A stretch of 64,000 nt of DNA from Octopus vulgaris (Eukaryota). The notes under the pieces are model-generated. The model saw nothing but the letters and a program-made list of their open reading frames with translations, had not been told where the DNA came from and made no database searches. Where the stretch lies: positions 129,208,001-129,272,000 of the forward strand of contig OX597814.1 in the NCBI GenBank assembly GCA_951406725.2, written 5' to 3'. Shown in pieces: positions 22,831 through 36,430 of this stretch (position 1 is its first letter; every line of letters begins with the position of its first letter). The translations under genes and the position numbers were made by a program.

Positions 22831-24526
22831 ATAAGAGATGTATGGAACAGTGCTGATGTTACTCTCTCAAGTGTCTTAAAAACTACATCTAAATGGAAAC
22901 CATCTGACTGATTGATAAAGTTTCCTTCACCAACACATTCGCACTGGGGTTGATGTAATTGAGTTAATTCCTTTGTCTGTCCTTGTTTGTCCCCTCTGTA
23001 TTTAGCCCCTTGTAGGCAATAAAGACATAAATATTGTAATGGCTTCTGATTCAGTGAACTACTCAACAGTATACTCTCCCCAGCCAGGGCCAACTGTTTG
23101 GGATTTGAGCTTGGAATTGATAGAAACATAAGTAAATGCTACAAGACATTTAGTTTGATACAATAAATTGCATATTTATTCTTAATCTGTTTGCCGAGGT
23201 TATAAACCAGAGCCATGACCTTGTTATGTTCCTTAGTTCAAGGAGTCTTTGGCTGACGAGACATAATACTGTTGAAACACTACATGTCCTACAGTCCTGT
23301 TATGGTAATTAATTGTGTTATTAATATGCATTCATTTAGAAGGAGAAATTATTCTCCTATGATAAAACAACAACAATTAACATATTCATGCTTGAATCAA
23401 CCAGAACATATTAAGTCATTGTTTTGATTCTTGCTTTTCACCATTCGTATGATGATCTATTTAGTTTGACTTTTTTACTTATTTGTTCAACACACTCCCA
23501 TTTCTACTTCTTCATTTACTATTATTGTAAATATTTCGTTTTTGGATTTGGTTTGCAAGATTCTTTACACACACTGACTCTCACATGTGCGCACAAACAA
23601 ACAAAAAGGAATGCAGTGTAAATAACGGACAGAGTCAAGACTATTGAAAAGGTTGCAAGATGCAACGAAAATTTTAGGAAAATAAAAATAAGAAATAAGT
23701 GGAAATTTTACCGGTGAGTGTGTTAAATTATAAGGCACAAAAAGAAAATGACTCCCCGGACACAACAGAATATTATTGTAAATATTATTATCGTAATTAT
23801 TATTCCACTGACGATGACTTTACTTTCATCCTTTCGGGGTCAATAAATTAAGTACCAGTTGTGTGCTGGGGTCGATCTAATCGACTGGCACCCTCCCTCC
23901 AAATTTCAGGCCTTGTGGCTATAGTAGAAAGGATTTTTATTATAATTATTATTATTAAGGTGGTGAGCTGGCAGAAACGTTAGCATGTAGGACAAAATGC
24001 TTAGACCGTTTCATCCACCTGTATTTTCTGAGTTCAAATTCTACCAAGTTTGGCTTTACTTTTCATCCTCTTTACGGAGTTGATGAAATAAGTACCAGCT
24101 GTGTACTGGGTAGGCATAGGTACCTGCTACATGGTGCTAGTTTGGATGCTTTTTACATGGTGCCAGCAGAGGTACTCTTTACGTGGAAGATGATGTACCT
24201 ATTTCAGAAATGATTGTTCTTGTGTTAGTAGCAGCAACAGTAGTAGTAGTAGTGGTTGTAGTGGTGATGGTAATGGTAGTAATAGTGATAGTAATGTTGG
24301 TGGTAGTAGTATAGTAGTAGTGGTGGTAGTTATAATTGTGATAACAGTAGTGATGGTTGTAGTAACTGTAGTGGTAGAATTCTGTTGGTCAGACACAAGG
24401 TGGTGGTGGTGATAGTAGTAGTAGTTGCAATGGTAGCAGAAGTAGTATTATTACTGTAGACTAGATGCAAGCTAATTTTATTAGGAAGGTACAACCAAGT
24501 GACTCACTGATTTCTCAAACTTTACA

Positions 24527-24559
<33 letters not shown>

Positions 24560-25559
24560 TAGGAGAGTTTCTGCCTCACAGGAGCATTGCTTATTCTATT
24601 GTCATATTATATTCAATAAATGTGACCATCCCTTTCACTTTGAAAAAAAAAAAATAATAGATGTTTGAAGTCAAGTTGGCATCTATTACAAGTGTAGGAT
24701 ATTCAATGTTCCGCGTAATTGACCGATATCGTAATATATCCGAAGAGAAAATAATTCCATCCAATCCCTTGAAGGAAAATAATTAAATTGAAACTCCAAA
24801 TCTAAGCCGTATCAGTTGCTGCAGAGAGGAACGGTTAATCATATAAATTAATCTGATCTACCAGTGTTGCAGCCTCTCATTTATTTTGGGTCTTAGAAAG
24901 TTATTTCAGGTTCACAAATCACTGTTCACTGATATGAATATTTTATTTATATATCTTTTATTCTCCGCTTGCTTCAGTCATTAGGCTGTGGTCATGCTGG
25001 GGCACCACCTTGAGGAATTTTAGTCGAACTTATCGACTCCAGTGCTTGTTTTCTTTTTAATCCTGGTATTTATTCTATCAGTATCTTTTGCTGAGCTGCT
25101 AAGTTATGAGAACATAAACACATCAAAACCAGTTGTAAATCAGTGGTGGGGAACAAACACAGACATAAAGATATACAATAGGTGCACATAAATATATACA
25201 ATAGCCACTCCTATGCCATGTATTGTCAATATTGATTATACGCATAAGCACCCACTACACTCACGGAGTGGTTGGCGTTAGGAAGGGCATCCAGCTGTAG
25301 AAACATTGCCAAATTTAGACTGGAGCCTGGTGCAGCCTTCTGGCTTCCCAGAACCCCGGTCGAACCGTCCAACCCATGCTAGCATGGAGAACGGACGTTA
25401 AACGACGATGATGATGATGATGATAAATATTTCATCATCATCATTTTAACATTCATTTTTCCCTGCTTGGATGGATCAAATAAAATTCATTGAACCAAAT
25501 TTTCTTCAGTTACCTACGCTTTTAACCAACTCTCGCTTGTTTCCAAACAAGATAATATT

Positions 25560-26406
25560 CTTTTCTACTCTAGGCACAAGGCCTGAAATTTTGGGGGAGG
25601 GCCCCAATCGATTAAATAGACCCCAGTACACAACTGGTACTTAATTTATTGACCCCAAAAGGATGAAAGGCGAAGTTGACCTTGGCAGAATTTGAACTCA
25701 GAACATAAAGACAGATGAAATACCTATTTCTTTTACTACCCACAAGGGGCTAAACACAGAGGGACAAAGAAGGACAGACAAACGGATTGATTATATCGAC
25801 CTCAGTGCGTAACTGGTACTTATTTAATCGACCCCGAAAGGATGAAAGGCAAAGTCGACCTCAGCGGAATTTGAACTCAGAACGTAGCGGCAGATGAAAT
25901 ACCACTAAGCATTTTGTCTGGCGTCCTAATGTTTCTGCCAGCTCACTGCCTTTCCAAACACAATATTCTTTTCTACTCTAGGCACAAGGCCTGAAATTTT
26001 GGGGGAGGGGGCCAGCCGATTAGATTGACCCCAGTATGCAACTGGTACTTAATTTATCGACCGTGAAAGGACAAAAGGCAAGGTTAACCATGACGGAATT
26101 TGAACTCAGAACATAAAGACAGATGAAATACTACGAAGCATTTTGCCTGGTGTGCTAACATTTCTACCAGCTCACCGCCTTTCCAAACAAGATATTCTTT
26201 TCTGCTCTAGGCACAAGGCCCGAAATTTGGGGTGGGGGAGCAGTTGATTAGATTGATCCCAGTATGCAATTGGTACTTAATTTATCGACCCCAAAAGGAT
26301 GAAAGGCAAAGTTGACCGCGGCGGAATTTGAACTCAAATGTAAAGACAGATGAAATACTGCTAAGCATCTCACCTGGCATACTAACATTTCTGCCAGCTC
26401 GCCACC
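25560..26406 (-). mobile_element. Three SINE-B units (one dimer, two monomers) stacked at one target site
   Basis: Units 25560-25950, 25968-26179 and 26197-26406, each bounded by tttccaa(a/g)caagat..tatt. Confidence 0.9.
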
Positions 26407-27104
26407 TTTCCAAGCAAGATGATATTGCATCATGGCTGGACATGTTTTCACAGAAGATTGGAAAGGAAAGAATCTCTATGATGTTGAAATTTATTTATAA
26501 CTATCTTGTGACGTCAAGACAGAGAGACACAAATACATTTGAGATACATAGAAACTACTTTTGGACTCCTTTAAACACGACTTTTTTAGAACCTACTCAC
26601 ACAAATACAGGTATGTAAAATACTATACAACAAAAATTCTTGATTTACTAAAAACATCTCTACCTGTGGAGGATGTATTATAATTTACCAATGGCAATTG
26701 AAGACCAGCTTCACTTCAGGAGGGAAGATAATCTCAATATTCAAAAATGCTCCAAAACTGAAATGCTACTGAGGAAAAGGACAGACTTATTGTCTGGTAA
26801 TGAACTACATCTAAATGCTGTTTATCTCCAGACACATGTTCCTGGCTTAGTAGCCTTTATCAGCATGACAGTTGTCCTACATTGAGAATTCTTGAATCTT
26901 GAGATTCTCTCCTCTTTTCAAGTGGACCTGGTCATAATTGCCACTTGGTAATTATGCTGCATCATCTAGAGGCAGAGATCATTTTAATGGCTCAAGAATG
27001 CATGTTATATGTATTTGACATACCAGTATTTGTCTCTGTTATTTAAATACATCCAAATATCCACTCTGAGTTGTTTCTCTTGCTTCATTTTTGTTTATTA
27101 AGAT

Positions 27105-27517
27105 ATAGGCTTAGGAGTGGCTGCGTGGTAAGTAGCTTGCATACTAACCACATGGTTCCGGGTGCAGTCCCACTGCGTGGCATCTTGGGCTAGTGTCTTC
27201 TACTATTGCCTCAGGCCGACCAAAGCCTTGTGAGTGGATTTTGTAGACAGAAACTGAAAGAAGTCTGTCGTATATATGTATATGTATGTATGCATGTGTG
27301 TGTGTGTCTATATGTTTGTGTGTCTGTGTTTGTCCTCCCCCAACATCGCTTGACAACCGATGGTGGTATGTTTACGTCCCCATAACTTAGCGGTTCGGCA
27401 AAAGAGACCAATAGAATAAGTACTAGGCTTACAAAAAATAAGTCCTGTGGTCGATTTGCTCACTAAAGGTGATGCTTCAGCATGGTTGCAGTCAAATGAC
27501 CGAAACAAGTAAAAGAG

Positions 27518-27520
<3 letters not shown>
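27105..27520 (+). mobile_element. SINE-A full length
   Basis: Colinear with the other copies. Confidence 0.9.
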
Positions 27521-27562
<42 letters not shown>

Positions 27563-27770
27563 ATATAGGGTAGAAAAATTATAGAAATGTTTCTACCAGT
27601 GGCCTAGCATGTATAAAAAGTCAATAGACAACATATTTTCCATATAAAATTAGTGTACATTTAAACACAAAAAGAGGTGACCCTTAACAGGTTGCCTTAC
27701 ATGCTAGAAGGAACAATCAAAAGTTCAAACCACAGTTAAGAGCAATTTTTTTGTGTTTAAATATACACTA

Positions 27771-27827
<57 letters not shown>

Positions 27828-29552
27828 TACTCTGGAGAAAATATACTGTTCATGAAAGTGTAGAAATAGTGGTATATTGTTGTTACAAACATACTTCCAT
27901 GGACAAAGACAAAAACTTTGCTCTTTCTCTGAGAGACTCAGGTGGAAACATCTGGAAACTCTTCTCCCAATGGTATACTGTTTAAAGTTAAAACATTTAG
28001 ATACCATTATTCCAATAAATCAATAATTACTATTCAGAAAGACTTAAGTATATCAATCACATTTTCTCTTATTTCATGTAGTTCTGACATCATTCTCTGC
28101 CTCCAACATATCCAGCAACTAAAGAGTTAGATATCTCTGTTTTTATTCAATTGTTTCCTTGCTTGCTTCATTGTCTATTCTGGTATCTTTAGAACTAAAG
28201 CAGTGGATTAGTAAACTCATTAGTGTGTAAAAAAAAAAAATCATTTGTGATAATTTAGTTGTTGCCCTTCATATTTTAAGTTCAAATCATGCTGAGCTCA
28301 GCCTTGTCATTCATGCTTCTGGGTTCAATAAAATAAAGCACTAGTCAGGTACTGCATCTAATATTAAAAACTGTTGTCTTATTAGCATGTGGTAACATTT
28401 TCATGTGGTAGCTTGGCTAGTTACACAGAATCTGGCTGTTGCCAGAGTGTGTAGATCTATGGAAACCTATAGGCATTGCTTCCATTCATACAGATGTTTT
28501 GTAGGGATCATTATCATCATCACTATTTAATGTCCATGTTCCATACTTTCAGAGGTCAAATAGTCTGAGTGAATCCAATGTGTTCAAAGACTGCCTTGTG
28601 CTCTAGTGTCTGTTTCAGCACAGTTTCTACAGCCAGGTGCCCTTCCTAATGCCAAGCACTTTACAACATGGACTGGGTACTTTTTTTTGTGTCACCACTG
28701 CACTATTGAGGTTGTTATGCAGTTTGCAAAACTACAAACCCTAGGGGCTGATTAGCAGAGAGTAGTAAAGATAATGCAGTTTTCAGTGGGAGAACAAAAG
28801 AGATCATGGTTGAGTACTCTGCAGGAACTGGGGTGGGGAGAGGCAGGCCTAATGTATGGGAGGTAGAGACGAGTCAGGGTAACGTGGATGGAGGGCACAA
28901 TGCATAGCACTTCCAAAACTCAATTTTGCTATATGATGTAGGCAATATTTTGTCAAAAATGAAAACATAAAGAAAAATAAAAACCGAAATGATAGGGAAG
29001 TAGAAAATCTGAATTTTTCTTCAATGATTTCTTAACAAAATAATGACAAATTGTATACATAGGAGAAGATTCTTTTTAATATGTTATTTAGATATTAAGC
29101 TCTATTTTAAGTAATGAACAGGCTTTGGATTATATGAAAACATATTAAATCTGTTTGAAAAAAAAAAGCTAAAAAAAAATGCTGTCAAAATACTCATGCA
29201 CACACACAGACACATGGTTACCTAGCAACATGGCTTCTTCCAGATATTGGTGTTATAATAGTAATGTAATATACATTCAAATAGTGATCGCATGTAGAGA
29301 AGAAATTTCTTTTCATTTTTTATTCTTAAACTTTATTGTAAAAACTGGGTCAGATATTTCAAACATATAAAAGAAATAGAAAGTAGGTATTCAGTGAAAA
29401 TAGGCATATATATTGCTGTGAAAATTTCAATTGAAAATTACCTTATCTTTCACTATGGCTTTTTTGGAAATGATTTTCTTTTAGGCATTTATTATTACTT
29501 GCAAAAATCAAACTAACTTTATCAACTTAGAACATACAAGCTACTAGTTAAA

Positions 29553-29826
29553 CATCATCATCATTTAATGTCTGCTTATTCATGCTTGAATGGGTCAGAT
29601 GGAATTTATTGAGGCAGATTTTCTGTGGTTGGATGCTCTTCCTGTTACCAACTCTCAATTGTTTTGAAGCAAGGTGATATTTTCCCGTAGCTAGACATAT
29701 TTTTCATGGAAGACTGGAACCAACCTCACTTGTATACTCATTTGTAATACTCATTTGCAATCATCGCGTGATATCAGAACAGAAGTACATGCAAACACAC
29801 AAATATATCACCCTCTCTCTCTTTCC

Positions 29827-29877
<51 letters not shown>

Positions 29878-30036
29878 AAAGGCTTTCAGTTTTCGTCAAC
29901 AAAATCCACTCACAAAGCTTTGGTCAGCCTGGAGCTATAGTAGAAGGTATTTTCCCAAGGTGCCACATAGTGGGACTGAAACCAAGACTGCATAACTGGA
30001 ATGCTATTCTTAACCTCACAGCCACACTTACACCTG
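29553..30036 (-). mobile_element. SINE-A2: SINE-A head joined via microsatellite to a different, (GAT)n-ending tail
   Basis: 29875-30036 is a SINE-A head. 29553-29800 is a tail also present at about 935-1140, 25433-26530 (split), 51800-52050 and 61580-61786. Confidence 0.75.
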
Positions 30037-30066
30037 CATCCAAACACTAAACTGAAATCCAGTGCT

Positions 30067-30136
30067 CATTCCTGCATATGCTTTATACGTACTTTCTGAC
30101 AAGTTGTGGTGCACCTGAGCACTGTATACAATAATT

Positions 30137-30167
<31 letters not shown>
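30067..30167 (+). mobile_element. Extreme 3' end of the same CR1-type LINE
   Basis: gacaagttgtggtgcacctgagcactgtatacaataatttc(att)n matches 15837-15888. Confidence 0.8.
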
Positions 30168-30734
30168 GTAGTTAGGCTCATTATGTATTTAGGGTGCATA
30201 CTTGATTGTATTTACTTCATGTGACTTAACTCTTGCTAATAAGCTTCAGTACATCCTAGCCAGGAGAAGATTATTTCTGGTTTCCTTTGTGTCGTGAAAT
30301 CATAGTTAAGTGTTGACCAAGTATTACATCTGCTGCCAATAAAGAGTTTCTTTCTCAGAGTGAAGGACAGATTGTGAGACCTGTGTGCAGGGTGTATTGG
30401 TGCTTGAATAGAAAAGATTTGTGAAAGTTGGAAAGAAGTAAGGTAAGCATGCTCTCCTGGTTGTGTAATGTGAGTCTGAAAACTAACGAGTTGAGTGAAA
30501 ATACAAGAACTAGATACAAAAGGAATTGGCTGCAATTTCCAAGGTGCGTCTGGAGGTTGACTGTTGGTTAAAGAAGTGTCAAGTGCTCCAAATGGATGGA
30601 ATCTCAATATGGGATGAAGTGATGAAAACAAATCTCAAGATGCTGAAGATGATGACAAAGAACAAGACATGTTTTAAAGTGCTGTGTTGGGGTAAACTCA
30701 CCCAACCTATTCCAATGTAATTAAGTACACTTCC

Positions 30735-31048
30735 ACTGGATTGTAGGCCATCAGTGACTTTTCCCCACTGTTCTCAACTCTGGGATGTCTATCTGTCTTT
30801 AATCAGTCCCATGAGTGAGAAGTTTTGAATTGTCATAAATGCTTAGGTAACAATGTCTTTTTTTCTACCTAAGGGGTGTTGGTCCTATGCAAACCCATTT
30901 TTACTTCTGGGAAGAGGCAGTCCATATAGTCAGGTTTCTATCTTTTGACCTTTCCAACATGGGAGCTCCAACCATGAGCTTGTACTCTGTTGGCCTAGCA
31001 CTCAGAGTCATTGAAGTGCACAAGTCAACACATCACAATAAGGAGTGG
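30735..31048 (-). mobile_element. Old bipartite RTE-derived element
   Basis: Minus strand ccttattgtgatg...caatgactctgagtgctaggcc...ctcccatgttggaaaggtcaaaag resembles RTE 5'UTRs as recalled; diverged. Confidence 0.45.
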
Positions 31049-32481
31049 AATTTGTGATGGACCCAAACCATGCAAGTATGGGAAAAAGGGCTTAAAAAAT
31101 TATGCTGGGAATGGTGATGTATAATATCCATATTTGGATCTCTCTCTTTCTTATTTTCTCATCTATTATTCATTCCTCTTCTCTCATTATATTGCTCTGC
31201 TAACACTCCATCTATTACATTGCCTGTATAACAAGAATGGTATCAAATTGGATCTACACTCAGTTTCTGCTTCCTTGATATCACCTGACTTTTTTTTATA
31301 TTTCTCAATCTTCTGCCACCATTATCCCTATCATTGTTGACATCTATTTCTCCAACTCTTTTATGACCACGAATTTTTATTGCTATTCATCACTTTCTCT
31401 CACATTATTCCTACCTCTACTGCACATGTTGCTTCTGTTCACTCTCCTGGCTTGTATTCATATAGTTATGTTACTCTCTATATCTCCCTTTACTCTCTCC
31501 TTCACTGCCCTCTCACTCCTATCACTCTGGTTCTTTGCCATGACCTTCTCACTCTGGTTCTCTTTCATCACTTTATCTTCTTTTCGCTCATGTTCATTCT
31601 ATTCAACCTCCTTACTAGCAACTCTCATGTAGCTGTCCATCACACCCTCTCTTTCTTCCATTACTCTCTCTCTTCTATCACCCTCTTGTTCTATCAATCT
31701 GGTTTCCAGCTTCTGCTGAGTTATCTCCTTCATGCAAATGTCCACTTTACATTTTATATTTTACAAAACTAATGAAAAAAAAAATAGACAAAATATCGAG
31801 GTAAAATGAAACATCAAAATATGGAAAGATTGTACCTCAGCATGATTGCAGTGAAGTGACTGAAACCAGCAAAAGAATAACATGCAAAAATAATGGCCAT
31901 ATTATATAGCTTTGAAAATAGTAATACTCATGCCTTTGGTGTCTCACATTGGCTATGATATAGCTTCTACTTTGATATAGTTTTATGAAAAAACAAATTC
32001 AATCAATTCTCTTAACAGATTTAATTCAAAGGAAATAATTTTGTAGTAAGCAGATAAATTCTACTTAGTTTCATTGCATTTCATACTTATACTTAGAATA
32101 TATATTTATGCTGAAAATATAAATCACGACAAAAGGAGCAGAAACTGAAAAATTGCCAATTTAGATAACATAAAAGAGAGAGGAGTGGAATGGCTTTGTA
32201 CAACTTAGTCAATCTTTGATTTAATTTTCTGCCGGTCATTTTTTTATTACCCATTTCATTTATGATTTTAACCATTCATATGTCAAAACATACTTAGTAC
32301 GAATGAACTGTATTCTTACTTCAGTTTCCATAAAATAAATATTGAAATTTTAGTTTTTAATGATATTTGACTTCTACTTTTCCAATCATAACAAAGTTGG
32401 CTTCAAACTTAGTCATGTAACTCTTTTTATACCAACCGTCTGAGTCCTGCATTAGAAAATGTTGTCATAATCATCATTTAA

Positions 32482-32696
32482 CCCTTTTGATACCAACCCG
32501 GCTGAAACCGGCTCTGGCTCTGAGTACAAAAGTCTTGTTTTCATAAGTTTTGAATTAAAATCTTTTACCAAACCTTAGTCAGAATTTATGTTCCTAACGC
32601 TAGCTGAATGGTAACTAAGTTATTTTACTAAATTCTATATTTAAAATAACTGAGAGAAACACAGAGCATCTCAAAATAAATACAGTAAAGAAAGGG
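32482..32696 (+). mobile_element. piggyBac-like MITE P1 nested in an old element-E-like tail
   Basis: TTAA TSD; the flanks rejoin as catcatttaa|catctgtgttccatgc. Confidence 0.9.
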
Positions 32697-33973
32697 TTAA
32701 CATCTGTGTTCCATGCTGGCATGGATTGGACAGTTTGGCAGGAGCTGGCAAGCCAGAGGTCAGTACTAGGCTCAAGTCATCTGTTTTGGTGTGGGTTCTA
32801 CAGCTAGATGTCCTACCTAATACCAACCACTTTACAGATTGTACTGAGTGTTATAACATGGTGCCAGCATGGGAACCAACACAGGTGCTCTTTTACACAG
32901 CACCAGCACAGGTACTTTTTGTATTGTGCTGGCAAGGGTGCTCATTGCACGGTGCCAGCATGGGTGTTTTTACATGCTGTTGGCTCATTGTTCTTAAAAT
33001 CTCTTTAGAATAATCATCATCATCATCGTTTAACGTCCGTTCTCCATGCTAGCGTGGGTTGGACGGTTCGACCGGGGATCTGGGAAGCCAGAAGGCTGCA
33101 CCAGGCTCCAGTCTTATCTGGCAATGTTTCTACAGCTGGATGCCCTTCCTAACGCCAACCACTCCGTGAGAGTGGTTGTTAATTTAAATAACAACCTTTA
33201 AATTAACACACAACACAAATTTTGCATTTTGTAATTGAAAGAAGATAATTCTCAATACTTATGATAGAGTTTATTCAGATATTTATTTAAAACAAAGTTT
33301 TGGCCATTATTTGAGTTTCACACTCTGTACTGGACAAAAGATTGGGTTATGCTCCAGTAGAATTAGAAATGGTTAATTATACCTTCACAGGTTGTTCCAA
33401 TATCATCCACTTATTACTTGACAAACCTATAAAGAAGTCTCTATACAATCACTCAACTTGCTAAGAATAGCAAAGAAATATTCCTTACAAAATAGGTTTG
33501 TTGGATAACTTAGTCCTAAATATGATACACCTTTAAAAAAAATTAGGTTATCAAAGCTAGGATCCTTCTGATCAGAAGTCTGTTTAAACAGTGTTGACCT
33601 GGTCCTGAACATCAATAATTCATTTTCAGTTGGAAATCATCATCATCATCATCATTGTTTAACATCTGCTTTCCATGCTAGCATGGGTTGGACAATTTGA
33701 CTGAGGACTGGTGAACCAGATGGCTGCACCAGGGTCCAATCTGATCTGGCAGAGTTTCTACAGCTGGATGCCCTTCCTAACACCAACCACTCCAAGAGTG
33801 TAGTGGGTGCTTTTACATGCCACTGGCATGAGGGCCAGTCAGGCACTACTGGCAACGGCCACGCTGAATAGAAATATTTGAAAGATTTTTTTTTTATTGT
33901 ATGTAATAGGATTTTTACTTTGTTTGATATACATTTATTTCAGACATCATTAAATTACTCTAATTTATGTATT

Positions 33974-34007
<34 letters not shown>

Positions 34008-35170
34008 TATTTATATACTCACTCATATTTTGTTATGCCTTCTATTTCACTTCTTTTTTATTATTAGTGTGTTGATTAGCTATTTAACCATTTAACTAAT
34101 TCATTGTATGATTTAATTATTCAGTCAATCAGCTAAGTTTGTCAAAGTTCTTTCATCACCAGTCGTGGCCTCATTAATGACAACAATGGCCAAACAATTA
34201 ATCAAACAGTCAATTAGTTGATTGGTTAAATCATTAACAAAATGACTAATTAATAATAAAAGAAGTGAAATTGAACTTGTGTGTGTGTGTGATTATTACT
34301 GGCATAATGACCCTCTCAGCACAGAAGTTCACATCAAAAATCTTACAAACCAAATACAAAAATAAAATGCATATACATATTTTTCTGGTTTTCTTGTCAT
34401 TTGAAACCATAACTTCTGTGGTTATTTCAAAATACATATTAAAACGACATTCTTGGTACTGTTATTTTTGTTTTGGTGGTATTTCACAATATAAAATGCT
34501 GAATTTGAAAGTAAAATATGTTTCTGAGAAATAGATGGATTTCTTTGGAAAACAGAACTAGATTTGTTCTATTAATCTAAAAATTTGTCTTTCATTTATA
34601 CACACACACACATACATATCACAGCCATCATTTATATATTTATATATATATATATATTCAAAAATAAAAGCAGGCATACTTCAACATATGTTTAGAATTA
34701 CTGTATCCATAAAGAGGACATTGATTTGAAATATATAAACTATACTTTGTCTTCTTCAGTTTATTATTATTATTATTGTTATTATTTCTTCTTTGGGTTT
34801 CCCTCCTTCCTTTTTAATGAAGTACACATGGTTTTTGTACTATTCCTTTTCTTGGTAAAATAATCCACATTTCATAGTCTTTGAAATATATTTGAAGGAG
34901 ACTGACATTAATTCTGTGTATGGCATGAGAGTCAAATTGTGAAAAGCTGTTTTGTTTTTATAATTGAAACAGAATCTGTGTGTTTTAATTGATTCTGATT
35001 AAATTAAAGTTTATTTATGCAAGGTTTGGATAGTTATTTAGTTCACTTAGTATATTCATTGTAGATTTTCTAAGAAAGGATAAAAAGGGCCAAAATTTGG
35101 GACTTATTTTAGGACAGGATCTTGACATTTAAAAAGAATTTTTAAAATGGGTTTACATTTTTTTATACTA

Positions 35171-35516
35171 TGTAGGTGTAGGAGTGGCTGTGTGGTAAGT
35201 AGCTTGACCTTTTGTGTCTTCTACTATAGTCTCGGCCGACCAAAGCCTTATGAGTGGATTTGGTAGGCAGAAACTGAAAGAAGCCCATTGTATATATGTG
35301 TATGTATATATATGTTTGTCCCCCCAACATCACTTGACAACTGATGCTGGTGTGTTTATGTCCCCGTAACTTAGTGGTTCGGCAAAAGAGACCAATAAAA
35401 TAAGTACTAGGCTTCCAAAGAATAAGAACTGGGGTCGATTTGCTTGACTAAAGGCAGTGCTCCAGCAGGGCCGCAGTCAAATGACTGAAACAAGTAAAAG
35501 AGAGTAAAGAGAGAGT
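35171..35516 (+). mobile_element. SINE-A with deletion in the head
   Basis: Colinear but lacks the B-box region. A further 3'-truncated copy is at 35954-36247. Confidence 0.85.
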
Positions 35517-36275
35517 ATAAGCAATAATATCCCCATCTCTACATGTACACACACACATGGCTGTGTGCAAAAACAGTTAAACTGCTCGATTGCCTATTAA
35601 CAATCATATTGCTATCAGTAATAGTGATACACTGACTGGTATTTGACTGATGTTCTTCTGATCTGTAATTCTAATATTATTCAAAGTCTGTAGTTTTAAT
35701 GTTATTCCAAGTATAAAGTATGAATTTATGTGTTAGAAACTTCCCTTTCCCCATTAAAACTGCCAGAAATTTAAAGACAAATTATGTTGTGGAACTATTT
35801 TTAGATCTTGCTGGTTCCTCTCTGTTCTCTGTATAACCATTCATCCATTTATTTTAGATTCAAATGACACATATATCTAGGATAGTAAATGCTTGGGTAT
35901 CGATTGAGAAGTGAGAACTAATGATTTAAAGTCCATTTGAGCTGAATGTTCAACTGCAGAAGTGGCTGTGTGGTAAGTAGCTTGCTTACCAACCACATGG
36001 TTCCGGGTCAGTCCCACTGTGTGACACCTTGGGCAAGTGTCTTCTACTATAGCCTTGGGCCGACCAAAGCCTTGTGAGTGGATTTGGTAGACAGAAACTG
36101 AAAGAAGCCCATCGTATATATGTTTGTATGTATGTGTGTATATATGTTTGTATCTGTGTTTGTCCCCCTAACATCGCTTGACAACCGATGCTGGTGTGTT
36201 TACATCCCTGTAACTTAGCAGTTTGACAAAAGAGACTGATAGAATAATCCAAAAACAAAATAATAATAATAATAT

Positions 36276-36430
36276 CGAATGAGAACCCAGGTTCGAAATT
36301 TCACCAAGACGTCTGATGAAGGCTGGAGGGTGTATCAGCTGAGACGTTGTGTTAACAACAAACAGGATGAGATCAAATATCTGTCAAATGTAAATCATGT
36401 ACATAATTCCTCATTTCTTAAATATAGAGC
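36276..36430 (+). mobile_element. Probable Penelope-like fragment, third family
   Basis: Carries a hammerhead-like motif and lies just after the truncated SINE-A at 35954-36247. Confidence 0.4.
36308..36353 (+). ncRNA. Degenerate minimal hammerhead motif (third family)
   Basis: GACGU CUGAUGA A GGCUG...CAGCU GAGA CG U U GUGUU. CUGAUGA intact, stem II GGCUG/CAGCU, GAAA mutated to GAGA. Confidence 0.5.

Noticed and set aside
26673-26885. 70-aa ORF, faintly Tc1-transposase-like
   Set aside because: No convincing motif, splice context or TIRs could be established by eye.
30240-30720. Highly decayed RTE-like LINE end that may share its tail with element E
   Set aside because: Only scattered motifs (WDEV..NLK, MTKN) remain; too eroded to call without an alignment.
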